NCBI GenBank assembly: GCA_034670305.1
Contig: JAXMNT010000005.1
Coordinates: 96,001-160,000 of the forward strand
Direction of reading: 5' to 3'
DNA length: 64,000 nt
Source of the DNA: Deltaproteobacteria bacterium
GTDB lineage: Bacteria; Myxococcota_A; Polyangia; Polyangiales; Houyiibacteriaceae
Shown: one piece after another, positions 30,090-40,875 of the stretch
Layout: each line of letters begins with the position of its first letter
Numbering within the stretch: the first letter of the stretch is position 1
Program-made: the position numbers and the translations under genes
The notes under the pieces: model-generated
Databases searched by the model: none
Told to the model about the DNA's origin: nothing
What the model saw: only the letters and a program-made list of their open reading frames with translations

Positions 30090-30911
30090 ATGACCCAGAC
30101 CCAGATGCACAACGCCTACCGCCTGGCCGCCGCCGCGGTCCGTCGCCGCTACCTCGAGCAGCGCCCCGCCACGCTTGACGCACTCGATGCGCTCGCGCGT
30201 GGACACGTCGGGGTGCTCAAGGGCACGTACGACTCCGTCGAGCACGTGCTCGAGGCGCTGGGTGTGCCGTTCGAGATGAACCCGAAGAAGCTGACGCCCA
30301 AGTCGGGCAAGAAGGTCGTCTTCGCGAACTGCGCGAGCGCCTACACGCCCGAGCTCGTGTCCGACATCGAACGGTCGGTGCGCGAAGGTGCGCTGCTCGT
30401 GAGCTCGGACTGGGCGCTCGGCCGGCTCATCCAGGTCGGTTTCCCCGGCACGATCCGCAAGGCGCCGAAGGGCTCCAAGGACGAGGTCGTGGGCGTCGAG
30501 CCCACGCTCGACGGCATCTGGTCGGAGATCGTCGTGCTTGGTGCCGACCCGCAGTGGTGGCTCGAAGGCGGCAGCGAAGCGATCGAGGTTCTCGACCACG
30601 AGCGCGTGCGCGTCGAAGCGTCCAGCCACGAGATGCTGTGCAGCTACGACGCGTCGCCGGTCGCGGCGAGCTTCGACTGGCACGCAGGCCGCGTGTTCCA
30701 CGTGGTCAGCCACTTCTGGCTCAAGCGCACCCGCGCCGCGACGCCGGCGACGGCGGCCGACTTCCTCCGGCGCGGCATGCGCCTGAGCGAAGAGGGCATC
30801 GAGAAGGTCTTCGCGACCTCCAAGGTGCCGAAGGACCAGATCGACTTCGCGTCGCTTCAGAGCGCCGCGACGTCGACCGAACTGGTCGCGCGCCTGGTCG
30901 CGGAGGCGTGA
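30090..30911 (+). CDS. hypothetical protein, probable class I glutamine amidotransferase-like fold
   Basis: [54 protein letters not shown] alpha/beta pattern. Confidence 0.65.
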   Translation: MTQTQMHNAYRLAAAAVRRRYLEQRPATLDALDALARGHVGVLKGTYDSVEHVLEALGVPFEMNPKKLTPKSGKKVVFANCASAYTPELVSDIERSVREGALLVSSDWALGRLIQVGFPGTIRKAPKGSKDEVVGVEPTLDGIWSEIVVLGADPQWWLEGGSEAIEVLDHERVRVEASSHEMLCSYDASPVAASFDWHAGRVFHVVSHFWLKRTRAATPATAADFLRRGMRLSEEGIEKVFATSKVPKDQIDFASLQSAATSTELVARLVAEA

Positions 30912-30952
30912 TCGAGAGGGCGGCGCTCCCGAAGGGGGCGCCCGCCATCTCG

Positions 30953-31236
<284 letters not shown>

Positions 31237-31261
31237 GCCCATCACCGAAAGCCCATTCCCC

Positions 31262-32134
31262 ATGACCCACGTTCTCGATCTCATCGATCGGCTCGCCAAG
31301 CGCGAGGCCGAGTTCGCGCAGCGGCGGTTCCTCGCGCCGTGTGTGCCGGGGGCCAAGCTGCGTGTGCGCATCGATGGACTCGTGCACGAGGTTCGGCCGA
31401 ACCCGGCGGGCTTCGCGGGGTGGGGGGTGTTTCAGGCGATCGACGCGAAGCGCGCGCAGCTCGTGGCGCGTCCGGAAGCGTCGTCGATCGAGCGGTACCT
31501 CGGGGCGCTCGATCTCGTGCGCTTGCACCTCGTCTCGCAGGCGCGCGGTCGCGCGTGGTGGGCGGTGCCCGTCGGCGCGGAGGCGTTGCGGGTGCGGTAC
31601 GGATTGACGGCTCCGGTCGTCGTCCACCTCACGCGGGATGCCACCCAGTTCGAGACGGTGCAGGCACGCTTCGACGGCGCGAACTTCTGGTACGCCGGAC
31701 CGGAGTACCTCGCGGATCCGGTGCTCGCCGAGACCCTTCGCGACGCGCTTCAGACGTGGATCGAAGCGCCTCGGGCAGCGCATCTGACGCCGGAGCTCCT
31801 GCACGCCTACGCGCTCGCGTTTGGCATCCAGGCCGAGGCCCGGGCCAAGAAGCTCGCCGCAGAAGTCGCCGAACGTCGCAAGACGGTCGACGGCCGCATC
31901 GAGCACGCGCTGCACGTCGGTGGCGGCACGCTCATCGGGCACCGCGAGGCGCACGGTGCGCTTCAGGTGGAGTGGCGGGACCGCCACGGCCACCGCCACA
32001 TCAGCACGCTCCGCATGGAGCAGCTCGAGGTCTCCATGGCCGGCGCGGTCTGTCTGCAGGGCCGCGACTCGGACTTCGATCTCACCTCGCTGGTCGGCGT
32101 GCTCTCGCAGGCGCCCGACTACTTCTACGACTGA
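31262..32134 (+). CDS. hypothetical protein with putative E2-like C-terminal domain
   Basis: Clean ORF; C-terminal [19 protein letters not shown] (Cys264). Confidence 0.7.
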   Translation: MTHVLDLIDRLAKREAEFAQRRFLAPCVPGAKLRVRIDGLVHEVRPNPAGFAGWGVFQAIDAKRAQLVARPEASSIERYLGALDLVRLHLVSQARGRAWWAVPVGAEALRVRYGLTAPVVVHLTRDATQFETVQARFDGANFWYAGPEYLADPVLAETLRDALQTWIEAPRAAHLTPELLHAYALAFGIQAEARAKKLAAEVAERRKTVDGRIEHALHVGGGTLIGHREAHGALQVEWRDRHGHRHISTLRMEQLEVSMAGAVCLQGRDSDFDLTSLVGVLSQAPDYFYD

Positions 32135-32287
32135 CCCCAAGCCGAGCGGCTGGAAACAACGCCAGCCGCTCGCTCCTTCTCTGCGCCGCACCCGTTCTCT
32201 GTGCCGCGCCCGTCTCTGTGCCGCGCTCGTTCAGGGCCGCGCCCGTCCTGGGCCGCGGCCCGACTGCGCTTACGAAAGCTCGATCCC

Positions 32288-32914
32288 ATGACCTTCCTCT
32301 TCCACGAAAAACTGTTCCGCGGTGCGGATGCGATGACGCGTCTCAAGGACGCGAAGGTCGGGATCTGCGGCGCCGGCGCACTCGGAAGCCACCTCGCGCT
32401 CGGGCTCGCCCGCACGGGCGTCGGCCACCTGCGCGTCATCGACCGCGACCGCGTCGAAGAGCGCAACCTCTCCACCCAGACGTGGTCCCGCGGCGACGTC
32501 GGGGGCCCGAAGGCGAAGTTGCTCGCGCACACGATCTTCCGCGCGGTCGGCACCCAGGTCGATGGCCGCATGAAGGAGCTCACCCGTTCCAACGGGCGCG
32601 CGCTGCTGCGTGGTCTCGACTTGGTGATCGACGTCTTCGACAACAGCGAAGCGCGGGCCGCGGTGCAGCTCGCCGCCGCAGAGCTTCGGATCCCCTGCCT
32701 CCACGCCGGCCTCGCGTCGGACTACGCGGAGTGCGTCTGGGACCCCCACTACACGGTTCCGTCAAACGCGAACGACGACGTCTGCGACTACCCGCTCGCC
32801 CGCAACCTCGCGGTCGTAGCGGCCGCGCTCGCGTCCGAGCTCGCCGTGCGCTTCCTCGCCACCGGCGAGAAGCGCGACCTCGCGCTGACGTTCGGCGACC
32901 TGCGGATCACCTGA
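32288..32914 (+). CDS. ThiF/E1-like adenylyltransferase
   Basis: [25 protein letters not shown]; candidate catalytic Cys166 in DDVCDYP; no CxxC zinc motifs. Confidence 0.9.
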   Translation: MTFLFHEKLFRGADAMTRLKDAKVGICGAGALGSHLALGLARTGVGHLRVIDRDRVEERNLSTQTWSRGDVGGPKAKLLAHTIFRAVGTQVDGRMKELTRSNGRALLRGLDLVIDVFDNSEARAAVQLAAAELRIPCLHAGLASDYAECVWDPHYTVPSNANDDVCDYPLARNLAVVAAALASELAVRFLATGEKRDLALTFGDLRIT

Positions 32915-32917
32915 CCC

Positions 32918-33385
32918 CGCGTCGGCGTCGGGATCGGGATCGGTTTCGGCGTCGGCGTCGGCGGCGTCGGCTTCGGAGTCGGCTTCGGCTTCGGCGTCGG
33001 CGTCGGCGTCGGCGTCGGCTTCGGAGTCGGCTTCGGCTTCGGCGTCGGCGTCGGCTTCGGCGTCGGCTTCGGCGTCGGCGTCGGCTTCGGCGTCGGCGTC
33101 GGCGTCGGCGTCGGCTTCGGCGTCGGCTTCGGCTTCAGCTTCGGCTTCGGCTTCGGCGTCGGCGTCGGCTTCGGATTCGGCGTCGGCTCCGGCGTCGGAC
33201 GGAACGGCTTCAGCAACAGCAACAGCCGCAGCAACAGCAACAGCTTCAGCCCCAGCAACAGCTTCAGCCCCAGCAACAGCTTCAGCTTCAGCCCCAGCAA
33301 CAGCTTCAGCCGCAGCAACAGCAGCCGCAGCCTTCAGGCACAGCAACAGCCGCAGCCTTCAGTCACAGCAACAGCCGCAGCCGCT
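32918..33385. repeat. (GCGTCG/GCTTCG)n tract followed by CAG-rich repeats
   Basis: Tandem hexamers, then CAGCAACAGCTTCAGCCC-like units. Confidence 0.85.
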
Positions 33386-33411
33386 CTCACCCGAGCCGGT
33401 TCGCGCCGTCC

Positions 33412-33630
33412 TCAGTACGTGAGCACGGGGGCGGGCTCGGCGGTGCGCTCCGTGTCTTCCGGCAGGTCCACGTCTTCGACGTCGGCTGCGGGAAGCACCG
33501 GGGCGGCGCTTCGGGCGCAGCGGCTGCTGGCGCTGCAGCTGCCACAGAGGCCACAGGCGACGCGCATGGTCGCGGCCATCGCGAGGACCGCGGCTGCAAG
33601 CGTCAGGGAGAGCTTCGTGAACTTGCCCAT
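33412..33630 (-). CDS. possible small secreted protein
   Basis: [20 protein letters not shown] signal-like N-terminus and Cys cluster; no recognisable family. Confidence 0.35.
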   Translation of the reverse strand: MGKFTKLSLTLAAAVLAMAATMRVACGLCGSCSASSRCARSAAPVLPAADVEDVDLPEDTERTAEPAPVLTY

Positions 33631-33859
33631 CTTCTGCCAGCGCAGCGCGACAACCTGTTTGATGAGTCCGAACGTGCTGGTGGGGCGTGCCATGCGAGAG
33701 AGCCTACAGCCGGACCTTGGGGTCCGCCAGTGCCTGCGCCGTCGGTTTTCGGCCCGCGGATCAGCCGCACCTACTTCGAGGTCGTCCGAAGCGCAGGCCA
33801 CGAAGCACCGCTCAGAAGCTCCCAGCCAAAAGCACCGGCCCCGAAGCCCAGGCTCTCGC

Positions 33860-35218
33860 TCAGAAGCCGAGCTTGCGCTCGATCGCTTCGACCGCGCGCT
33901 GGGTCTTCTCGTCTTCGCCTTCGAGCAGGCCGGTGATCTTGCGGACGGCGCTGATGACCGTCGTGTGGTCCTTGCCGCCGAAGCGTTCCCCAAGGGCCGG
34001 GTAACTCGTGCCGAGTCGCTCGCGGCACAGGTACATCGCGACCTGCCTCGGGTAGCTCACCGCGCGGTGCCGCTTCTTGCTCTTCAGATCGCTGAGCTTG
34101 ATCGCGAAGTACACACAGACCGCGCGCTGGATGTCTTCCACCGTGAGCGCCTGCTCCGGTTTCGGCATCGCGGCGCGCAGAGAGTCCTTGGTCAGATCGA
34201 TGTCGATCGGTCGGCCGAGCAGCTCCGCTTTCACGGCGAGTCGAAGGAGCGTGCCTTCGAGCTCACGCACGTTGCTCTTCACGACCTGCGCGATGAAGTG
34301 CGCCACCTCGTCGAGCAGCGGGATCTGTTCGGCTTCCGCCTTCTTGCGGAGGATCGCGATGCGGGTGTCGAGCTCGGGCGGCTGAATGTCCGCGACCATG
34401 CCCGACTGGAACCGGCTCACGAGCCGTTCTTCCATCTCGGCGATGCGCTGCGGGTACACGTCCGAGGTGACGACGATCTGCTTGTCCGAATGGTAGAGCG
34501 CGTTGAACGTGTGGAAGAACTCTTCCTGGGTCTGGTCACGTCCGGCGAGGAACTGGATGTCGTCCATCAGCAGCACGTCGCAGTTGTCGCGGTAGCGCGC
34601 GCGGAACTCGTCGATGCGGTGGTTCTGCAGCGACCAGATGAACTCGTTCGTGAACTTCTCGGCGCTCAGGTAGAGGATGGTCGCGTCGGGGTTGTCCGCC
34701 AGGATGCGGTGGCCCATCGCGTTCATCAGGTGGGTCTTGCCGAGACCGACGCCGCCGTAGATGAAGAGCGGGTTGTAGCGTTTGCCGGGGGCCGAACCGA
34801 CCGCGATGCTCGCCGCGTGGGCGAGCTGGTTCGACGGTCCGACCACGAAGCTGTCGAACTTGTACTTCGGCTGCAGATGCGCCTTGCGCACCGCGTTGCT
34901 CTTGCGCGGAATCGCACGCGCCTTGGGTTTCGGCGGCGGCGCGCTGGCCCGCTGCTTCTGAGGAACCTGCAGCGTGTCGTCGACCTGGAAGCTGAGCTTG
35001 GAAGGGGCGTCTTCGGTGCCTTGTTCGCCGAGCACCTCGAGGATCAGATCCTGGTAATGGTTCTGGATCCAGTCCGCGTAGAAACGATTGGGAATGCGAA
35101 GCACGAGCGCCTCGCCTTCCAGACCCTCGCAACGAACCGGCCCAAGCCACGTCGCGAAGTTCTCGGCCGAAAGACGCCCACGAAGCGTTTCCAGCGTACG
35201 TTCCCACAGGTCGTTCAT
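33860..35218 (-). CDS. dnaA: chromosomal replication initiator DnaA
   Basis: [51 protein letters not shown]; start at ATG 35218 or GTG 35239. Confidence 0.98.
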   Translation of the reverse strand: MNDLWERTLETLRGRLSAENFATWLGPVRCEGLEGEALVLRIPNRFYADWIQNHYQDLILEVLGEQGTEDAPSKLSFQVDDTLQVPQKQRASAPPPKPKARAIPRKSNAVRKAHLQPKYKFDSFVVGPSNQLAHAASIAVGSAPGKRYNPLFIYGGVGLGKTHLMNAMGHRILADNPDATILYLSAEKFTNEFIWSLQNHRIDEFRARYRDNCDVLLMDDIQFLAGRDQTQEEFFHTFNALYHSDKQIVVTSDVYPQRIAEMEERLVSRFQSGMVADIQPPELDTRIAILRKKAEAEQIPLLDEVAHFIAQVVKSNVRELEGTLLRLAVKAELLGRPIDIDLTKDSLRAAMPKPEQALTVEDIQRAVCVYFAIKLSDLKSKKRHRAVSYPRQVAMYLCRERLGTSYPALGERFGGKDHTTVISAVRKITGLLEGEDEKTQRAVEAIERKLGF

Positions 35219-35254
35219 CGAAGATTCCTCAGTGATCACAGCGCACTACGGCAT

Positions 35255-35274
35255 TCATCCCCAACCTATCCACA
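35255..35274. promoter_or_regulatory. DnaA boxes upstream of dnaA
   Basis: TCATCCCCA and CTATCCACA (35266-74) resemble TTATCCACA. Confidence 0.55.
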
Positions 35275-35867
35275 GGTGGGGGAAGTACTCGGTTGGGGGT
35301 TGAAGGGCTCGACTCGACTGCTGCGTTTGGCTTTCGCGCAGGAGGTTCGCTCTTCGGGGTGGGCACGCTCACGCGATGCATCCCGACCCCGCAACCCTCC
35401 GATTCCCCTCTCCAACCGAAGGGAACGCGAAGCTAGCAGCATGTTTTCGTCCCGTCTACGCCACATTCGAGAGGCCGTGGCAATGGGCCGCTAACCCTAG
35501 GGGATCGCATACGAAACACGTGGGGAAAAAATCTCGCGCCGTCTGGATGGTGGGGCCCAAATCGGGGACTGATTCTGCAAGTGATTGAGATCATTGCTCT
35601 ATTTTCGGGGTCCTGCGCTCTTGGTGCCTTGCAGAGGCCGTGTCGCCCGTGATCCGTAGAGGTTGCGCGGGTTTTGCGGCGCTTGACCCCAACGGGTCTG
35701 CGTCGGAGCGCCCGCGCTGGTTCCGAGAATCTGTGCGCGGTGCCTCCGAAAGGGCCGACCGTGCGGGGCCTCATCGGTTTTTTGGTACGATCTCAGGCGC
35801 CTGCTAGGTTCGCCCTCCGACGACGTGGGGACCCCACCGTCGGGACACTGCAGCAGCAAGGGCGAAC

Positions 35868-36836
35868 ATGGCGACTCGAAATGAAGCGAACGATGCGTGG
35901 GCGACGCGTCTCGCGAACGGTTTGGCGGCGACGTGCGTCTTCGCGCTGTGTGCCACCTCGAGTGCTGCGCTTGCGCAGGAAGAGCTCCCACCGACCGTGG
36001 ACGAAGTCCCGGACGATGGATTCCGCGCGCGCGAGAACACCTACGAGACCGCACGGGGTCTCGGCATGGGCGCCGGTGCGCGCGCCTCGGCGGTTGGCAC
36101 GTCGGCGATCGCCTACAACGCCGCGAACCTGCCGATGGCCCGGATGTACCACGCGGAAACCTTCGCCGGATATTTCCCCACCGCGAGCACCTGGAACTTC
36201 GGCGGCTCGGTCGTCGACTCGGTCTCGAACAAGATCGCAGCCGGCCTGAGCTTCCACGGCGTCTACGGCGGCGGCGATCGAAACTACAGCGGCTACGACG
36301 GGCGGCTCGCCCTCGGCATGCCGCTCTCGCGCGCCATCGCGGTCGGCGTGACCGGTCGGTACATCCGGCTGAACTCGCGGAGCGAGAACGACAACGGCGA
36401 TCGGATCGGACCTTCGCTCAAGGCCTTCACGATCGACGCCTCGATCCGGCTGACCCCGACCGAAGGGCTGCACATCGCGCTGCTCGGCTACAACCTGATC
36501 CGCACCGACTCCCCCATCGCACCGATGCAGCTTGGCGGGAGCGTGTCGTACGCGATCGGCGGCGTGTTCACGTTGGCCGGCGACGTGCTCGTCGACCTGA
36601 CCACCTTCGACTCGGCCGAGATGATCTTCGGTGTGGGCGCGGAGTACTTGATCGCGGGGCAGGTCCCGGTGCGGGCGGGCTACCGACGCGACAACGGGCG
36701 CGAGATCAACCAGATCACCGCGGCCATCGGCTACGTCGATCAGAAGATCGGGATCGACGCCGCCATCCGCCAAGACATCGGCAACGAGAACCGCGAGACG
36801 CAACTCGTCTTCTCGTTCCGCTACCACGTGCAGTAG
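35868..36836 (+). CDS. outer-membrane beta-barrel protein
   Basis: Signal peptide, ARGLGMGAG..A...AIAYNAA motif, alternating beta strands, C-terminal FSFRY. Confidence 0.75.
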   Translation: MATRNEANDAWATRLANGLAATCVFALCATSSAALAQEELPPTVDEVPDDGFRARENTYETARGLGMGAGARASAVGTSAIAYNAANLPMARMYHAETFAGYFPTASTWNFGGSVVDSVSNKIAAGLSFHGVYGGGDRNYSGYDGRLALGMPLSRAIAVGVTGRYIRLNSRSENDNGDRIGPSLKAFTIDASIRLTPTEGLHIALLGYNLIRTDSPIAPMQLGGSVSYAIGGVFTLAGDVLVDLTTFDSAEMIFGVGAEYLIAGQVPVRAGYRRDNGREINQITAAIGYVDQKIGIDAAIRQDIGNENRETQLVFSFRYHVQ

Positions 36837-36962
36837 AGGCGGGCTCGCTTCGCGCTTGGGTCGCGCTCGTCGCACCAGCATGGGGTGACCGCTGACGCGC
36901 TCCGCGGCCCCATGGTCCCCGCCCAAGGGGGCGGCGCATGCGCCGGGGCGTACTCTGTGGGC

Positions 36963-38498
36963 GTGACGATCTTTCGCCCGCTCTCGCTCGTCCCGTTCTT
37001 GCTCGCGCTCGCCGGATGCGGCACCGGGTGCGGCGGCGCGGAGCCGAACCCGCAGACCCCTGAAGCGCGGTCGCTCGAAGCCGCCGAGACCCCGGCCGCC
37101 GAGACCGAGGCCCCCATCGAAGCCGCCACCCAAACTCGACCGACCGGTGTCGTGGACCCCGATGCCGTCACGGCCATCCCGGCGATCAACGCGGTGCTCT
37201 TGGGCGACCGGATCCTCGTGCAGGAGCGTACCCCGGAAGGCGCGCCGATGCGGTTCAGCGCGCGCGACGTGTTCACCGACGAGGTGTTCTGGACCCGAAC
37301 GTTCCCGGAGACCGACATGTTCATGCAGCGCTTCGACGCGCACCACGTGTTGCTCCAGCCCGTCGGCACGCTGCGGCTCTTGGACGTGCGCGACGGGACG
37401 CACCGCGACCATCCCCGCGACCGGGGCCTCGGCCGGTTCCTTCATCGCAACGGCGAGGCGGTGCTGCTGACCCACGAGTGCGGCGCGCAGGTGATCGACG
37501 CCGAAGACGCGCGTCCGATCGCGGCGCTCCGAACCGGACGCGCGATCCGCATGCGCATGATCAACGGCGAAGGACACAGCCACCATCAGCCCGCTTGCAA
37601 CGGACACGTGGTGCCCCTCGGACGGAGCGGGGACCAGCTCCATTTCTACGTCGAGAACCACGCGGACGGACCGGCGACGACCGCCGCGCGTCCACCCTTC
37701 AACACCGGCGTCGACGTCGTGCTCGGCATGAACCGCCAGACCGGCGACATCGCGTGGCAGACCGAAGTCCAGTGCACCGCGTGCGGCTCCCACCGCGCGG
37801 GTGTGCTGGACGGAACCGTGTGGGTGACGACCGAGGACGGGGTCTCGATCTTCGAAGCCGCGACCGGTGGGCTGCTTCGCACCGTGCCGCTGCCCGAGAC
37901 CCGCGTCGTCTTCATGGTTCCCGGCGATCCACCCTTGCTCGAGTTGCTCTCGGCCACGCAGGTGAAGCTCGTCGAAGTGCGCACCGGGCGGGTTCGGTTC
38001 GATCGTCCCGTTCAGGACGAAGCGCTCGTGGTCGTGCAAGGCGCGACCTACACGACGCTCGCCGACGTGCACCTGCGTGCCTACCAGCCGCGGCGCGCCG
38101 AGTTCGTCGACCTCCAGGGTCGCACCACCCGCACCCTCGACATGCCCGAGAACTCGAGCCTCCTCGAACCTTCGCCCGGCGCGCCGTGGGTGGCCGCGCG
38201 CGGGTTCGTCTCACGCGACAACAGTGGCCAGATGGTTCCGTTCGTCGACGATGGGGCGCGCTTCAACGTGCACCGAACGCGCGTGCCGGAGACGCCGCGC
38301 GGTCCGCCCAACCACGCGAGGGTCGAGTGCTCGAGTTGCGCACAGACCGACGTGGCCGAGGTCTCGATGGATGCCTGGTCGCTGGGCGAAGCGCGGCGTG
38401 GCGACGTGCATGCGCTGGTGCTCTTCGCGCACGCCGAAGACTGGCGCGCCGAGGACGAAGTCCGGATCTTCCGCGTGCCGCGTGCGGTGGTGCCTTAG
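36963..38498 (+). CDS. hypothetical lipoprotein, PQQ-like beta-propeller
   Basis: Lipobox LAGC after GTG 36963; TGDIAW and TGRVRF repeats. Confidence 0.6.
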   Translation: MTIFRPLSLVPFLLALAGCGTGCGGAEPNPQTPEARSLEAAETPAAETEAPIEAATQTRPTGVVDPDAVTAIPAINAVLLGDRILVQERTPEGAPMRFSARDVFTDEVFWTRTFPETDMFMQRFDAHHVLLQPVGTLRLLDVRDGTHRDHPRDRGLGRFLHRNGEAVLLTHECGAQVIDAEDARPIAALRTGRAIRMRMINGEGHSHHQPACNGHVVPLGRSGDQLHFYVENHADGPATTAARPPFNTGVDVVLGMNRQTGDIAWQTEVQCTACGSHRAGVLDGTVWVTTEDGVSIFEAATGGLLRTVPLPETRVVFMVPGDPPLLELLSATQVKLVEVRTGRVRFDRPVQDEALVVVQGATYTTLADVHLRAYQPRRAEFVDLQGRTTRTLDMPENSSLLEPSPGAPWVAARGFVSRDNSGQMVPFVDDGARFNVHRTRVPETPRGPPNHARVECSSCAQTDVAEVSMDAWSLGEARRGDVHALVLFAHAEDWRAEDEVRIFRVPRAVVP

Positions 38499-38551
38499 CG
38501 GGAATCGGTTTTGGGTGGAGCGCGGCGCGAGTCGCTCCGCAGAACTCACGA

Positions 38552-38716
38552 CCGCGGAACCGCGAGACGCTGAGCCGCGAGACGCACAACCGCAAGACGC
38601 TGAGCCGCGAGACGCTGAGCCGGGAGACGATGAGCCGCACAACCTCGAGACGCACAACCTCAGAACCCCAACCGCAGAACCGAGGGCAAGGGCAAGGGCA
38701 AGGGCAGGGGCAAGGG
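38552..38716. repeat. 15-bp repeats (CCGCGAGACGCTGAG-like) plus (GGGCAA)n
   Basis: Intergenic between convergent genes. Confidence 0.7.
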
Positions 38717-38737
38717 CTGAGGGCTGCTTCGCAGTCC

Positions 38738-39874
38738 TCAGATCCTCATCGGCATGATCACGCCGACGAAGTCGACGCCTTCGCCCACGGGGCGGATGAC
38801 ACCGGGGTCGAGTTCGCCACTGAGCTCGAGGGCGACCTCGTCGTGCGGGATCGAACCGAGGGCGTCGAGCAGGTAGCGCGCATTGAAGCCCACCCGGAGT
38901 GCTTCGCCCGCGTAGTCCACGTCGAGCTCTTCGGCACCTTCGCCGACATCCGGGTTCTGGCTGACGATGCGCATCGTGCCGGGTGCGATCTGAAACTGGA
39001 CGCCGCCGCTCTTGTCGCTCGCCACCAAGCTGATGCGCTTGAGCGAGTCCACGAGCCGCGCCCGCGTCGCGACCACGCGCTTGGTCTGGTTCTGCGGAAT
39101 GACTTTGTCGTAGGGCGGGAACTGCTCGTCGGCGAGCTTCACGCTCAGCTGCAGATCGGCGCGCCGAAAGAACGCGCAGCCAGCGGCGGTGGCGATGTCG
39201 ATCGTCGGGGGACCGGAGTCGCCCTTGCCATCCTGGCGTGCGTCGTCGATGACCTTCTTGAGTTCGCCCACGCCCTTGTGCGGCACCAGCATCGAAAAGT
39301 TCACCATCGGCGCGCCTTCGGCGAGCTGACCTTCGGCTTTGGAGAGCCGGTGTCCATCGGTGGTCACCATGCGGACCCGCTTGCCGTCGCCCTCGAAGAG
39401 CGTGCCCGCCAGATGGGGGCGCGTGTCGTCGCTCGACATCGAGTACGCGGTGAGCGCCACGAGTTCGCCGAGCAGGTTGGCGTCCAGCGTGGCGAAGTCC
39501 GCGTCCTGCGGGTTGGGCAAGGGCGGGAAGTCTTCGCCCGGCAGTCCCGGAATCTTGTACGAGATCTTCCCGTGCGTGAGCGTGACCGCGTGGTTCTCGC
39601 CGACCTTCAACGTGATGTCGCCATCCGGCAGCGCCTTGACGATGTCGAAGAGCGTGCGCGCGGCGACCGCGATCGTGCCACCACGTTTGATGTCCGCACC
39701 GACCACTGCGCTGACGCCGAGGTACAGATCCGTCGCGCTCAGTCGAAGCCGCTCGGGCCCCTCGGCGCTGAGCAAGATGTTGGAGAGCATCGCCATCGAG
39801 CTCTTGCGGTCGGCGACGCTGTGGGTGCGGGCGAGACCTCGAAAGAAGTCACGCTGGGAGATGATGAGCTCCAT
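38738..39874 (-). CDS. dnaN: DNA polymerase III beta sliding clamp
   Basis: LSATDL, EDFPPLP, VTTDGHRLS, FPPYDKVIP, VGFNARYLLD, VIMPMRI. Confidence 0.98.
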   Translation of the reverse strand: MELIISQRDFFRGLARTHSVADRKSSMAMLSNILLSAEGPERLRLSATDLYLGVSAVVGADIKRGGTIAVAARTLFDIVKALPDGDITLKVGENHAVTLTHGKISYKIPGLPGEDFPPLPNPQDADFATLDANLLGELVALTAYSMSSDDTRPHLAGTLFEGDGKRVRMVTTDGHRLSKAEGQLAEGAPMVNFSMLVPHKGVGELKKVIDDARQDGKGDSGPPTIDIATAAGCAFFRRADLQLSVKLADEQFPPYDKVIPQNQTKRVVATRARLVDSLKRISLVASDKSGGVQFQIAPGTMRIVSQNPDVGEGAEELDVDYAGEALRVGFNARYLLDALGSIPHDEVALELSGELDPGVIRPVGEGVDFVGVIMPMRI

Positions 39875-39944
39875 GGTGGGTCGTGGCTCCGGGTTCGTGC
39901 GAACGGTGTCGAGGATCGAAAGTGAGAGGGTCGGATTGGAGAGG

Positions 39945-40135
39945 AGGGGAATTTAAAGAAGTAATTCTCTAATTCATCTCCGTCATAAGGGCTGTGGATT
40001 GTGGTGGGTTGCGTTGAACCAACCGAGATGATTCAGGATTTCGTCTGGGAGTGCCTGAGGACAGAATCGTGCGGGGGTGGGGAGAACATTCGCCCCCAGG
40101 AATCCACAGGGCAATCCACAGAACAACCCACAGGC
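39945..40135. other. probable oriC (DnaA boxes, DnaA-trio-like tract, AT-rich unwinding element)
   Basis: Boxes TGTGGATTG 39993-40001, GAATCCACA 40100, CAATCCACA 40112, CAACCCACA 40124; AT-rich 39950-39988. Confidence 0.7.
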
Positions 40136-40232
40136 TCGAGAAGCGCTCTCACGTGCATATCCCAGCAGTGGCGACGAGGGCAAGGCAGCGTTTCGATCCG
40201 CCGGTCGAGCGCCCCTCGAACTTGGGCTTCGA

Positions 40233-40775
40233 TCAGGGGTGGAGGGCCTGGTCGAGCCGGACGCGCACCTCGGGATCCCGTTCGAGCCGGAGCCGCGCTT
40301 GGAGCAGGGCACGGGCCGATGGCGTGCCCACTTGAGCGACCGCGCGGATGGCGGCTTCGCGAATGAGGCCGGTCCGGTGGCTCAAGAACGGGCGTACGTC
40401 TTCGAGTGCGCCTTCGCCGAACGCGGTCGTGAACGCCATCACCGCCCGCCGGAGGATGAGGTCGTTCTGGTCGGGGGCCTGCACCACCCGGCGCAAGAAG
40501 GTTCGGGTCGCTTCGGTCGGGTAGTACGCGGAGACCTGGACCGCGCGCATCCGGATGAACGGTGGTTCGCTCGGGTCGTCGTAGAGCTCCGCGAGCACCG
40601 CGACGGTGCTGGGGCCGAGCGCGCGCCAAGCGGTCTGCGGCGCGACGCCCTCGAATCCGCTGAGAAGCTGGCGCACCCGGTCTTTGTCCGGGGGATCGGC
40701 GAAGGTCGTCCCGGGCGAGGCGAGGTTCGGCAGCAAAGCGGCCAGGCACAACAGAGAGAAGCAAGCGACGCGCAT
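40233..40775 (-). CDS. secreted HEAT-repeat protein
   Basis: Signal peptide from ATG 40775; IRMRAV, LRRAV, IREAAIRAVAQVG repeats. Confidence 0.75.
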   Translation of the reverse strand: MRVACFSLLCLAALLPNLASPGTTFADPPDKDRVRQLLSGFEGVAPQTAWRALGPSTVAVLAELYDDPSEPPFIRMRAVQVSAYYPTEATRTFLRRVVQAPDQNDLILRRAVMAFTTAFGEGALEDVRPFLSHRTGLIREAAIRAVAQVGTPSARALLQARLRLERDPEVRVRLDQALHP

Positions 40776-40875
40776 GCTCGAACGGTAGCAGAACGACACC
40801 CGGTGATCACCGCACGAACGCCGCCCACGCGCATCCACGTCCTCCCGGTCGGCAAACATGCTATGACGGCCTCGC

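Noticed and set aside
31339-33936. 865-aa ORF with poly-R/poly-Q
   Set aside because: It is an alternative frame across real genes and hexamer/CAG repeats.
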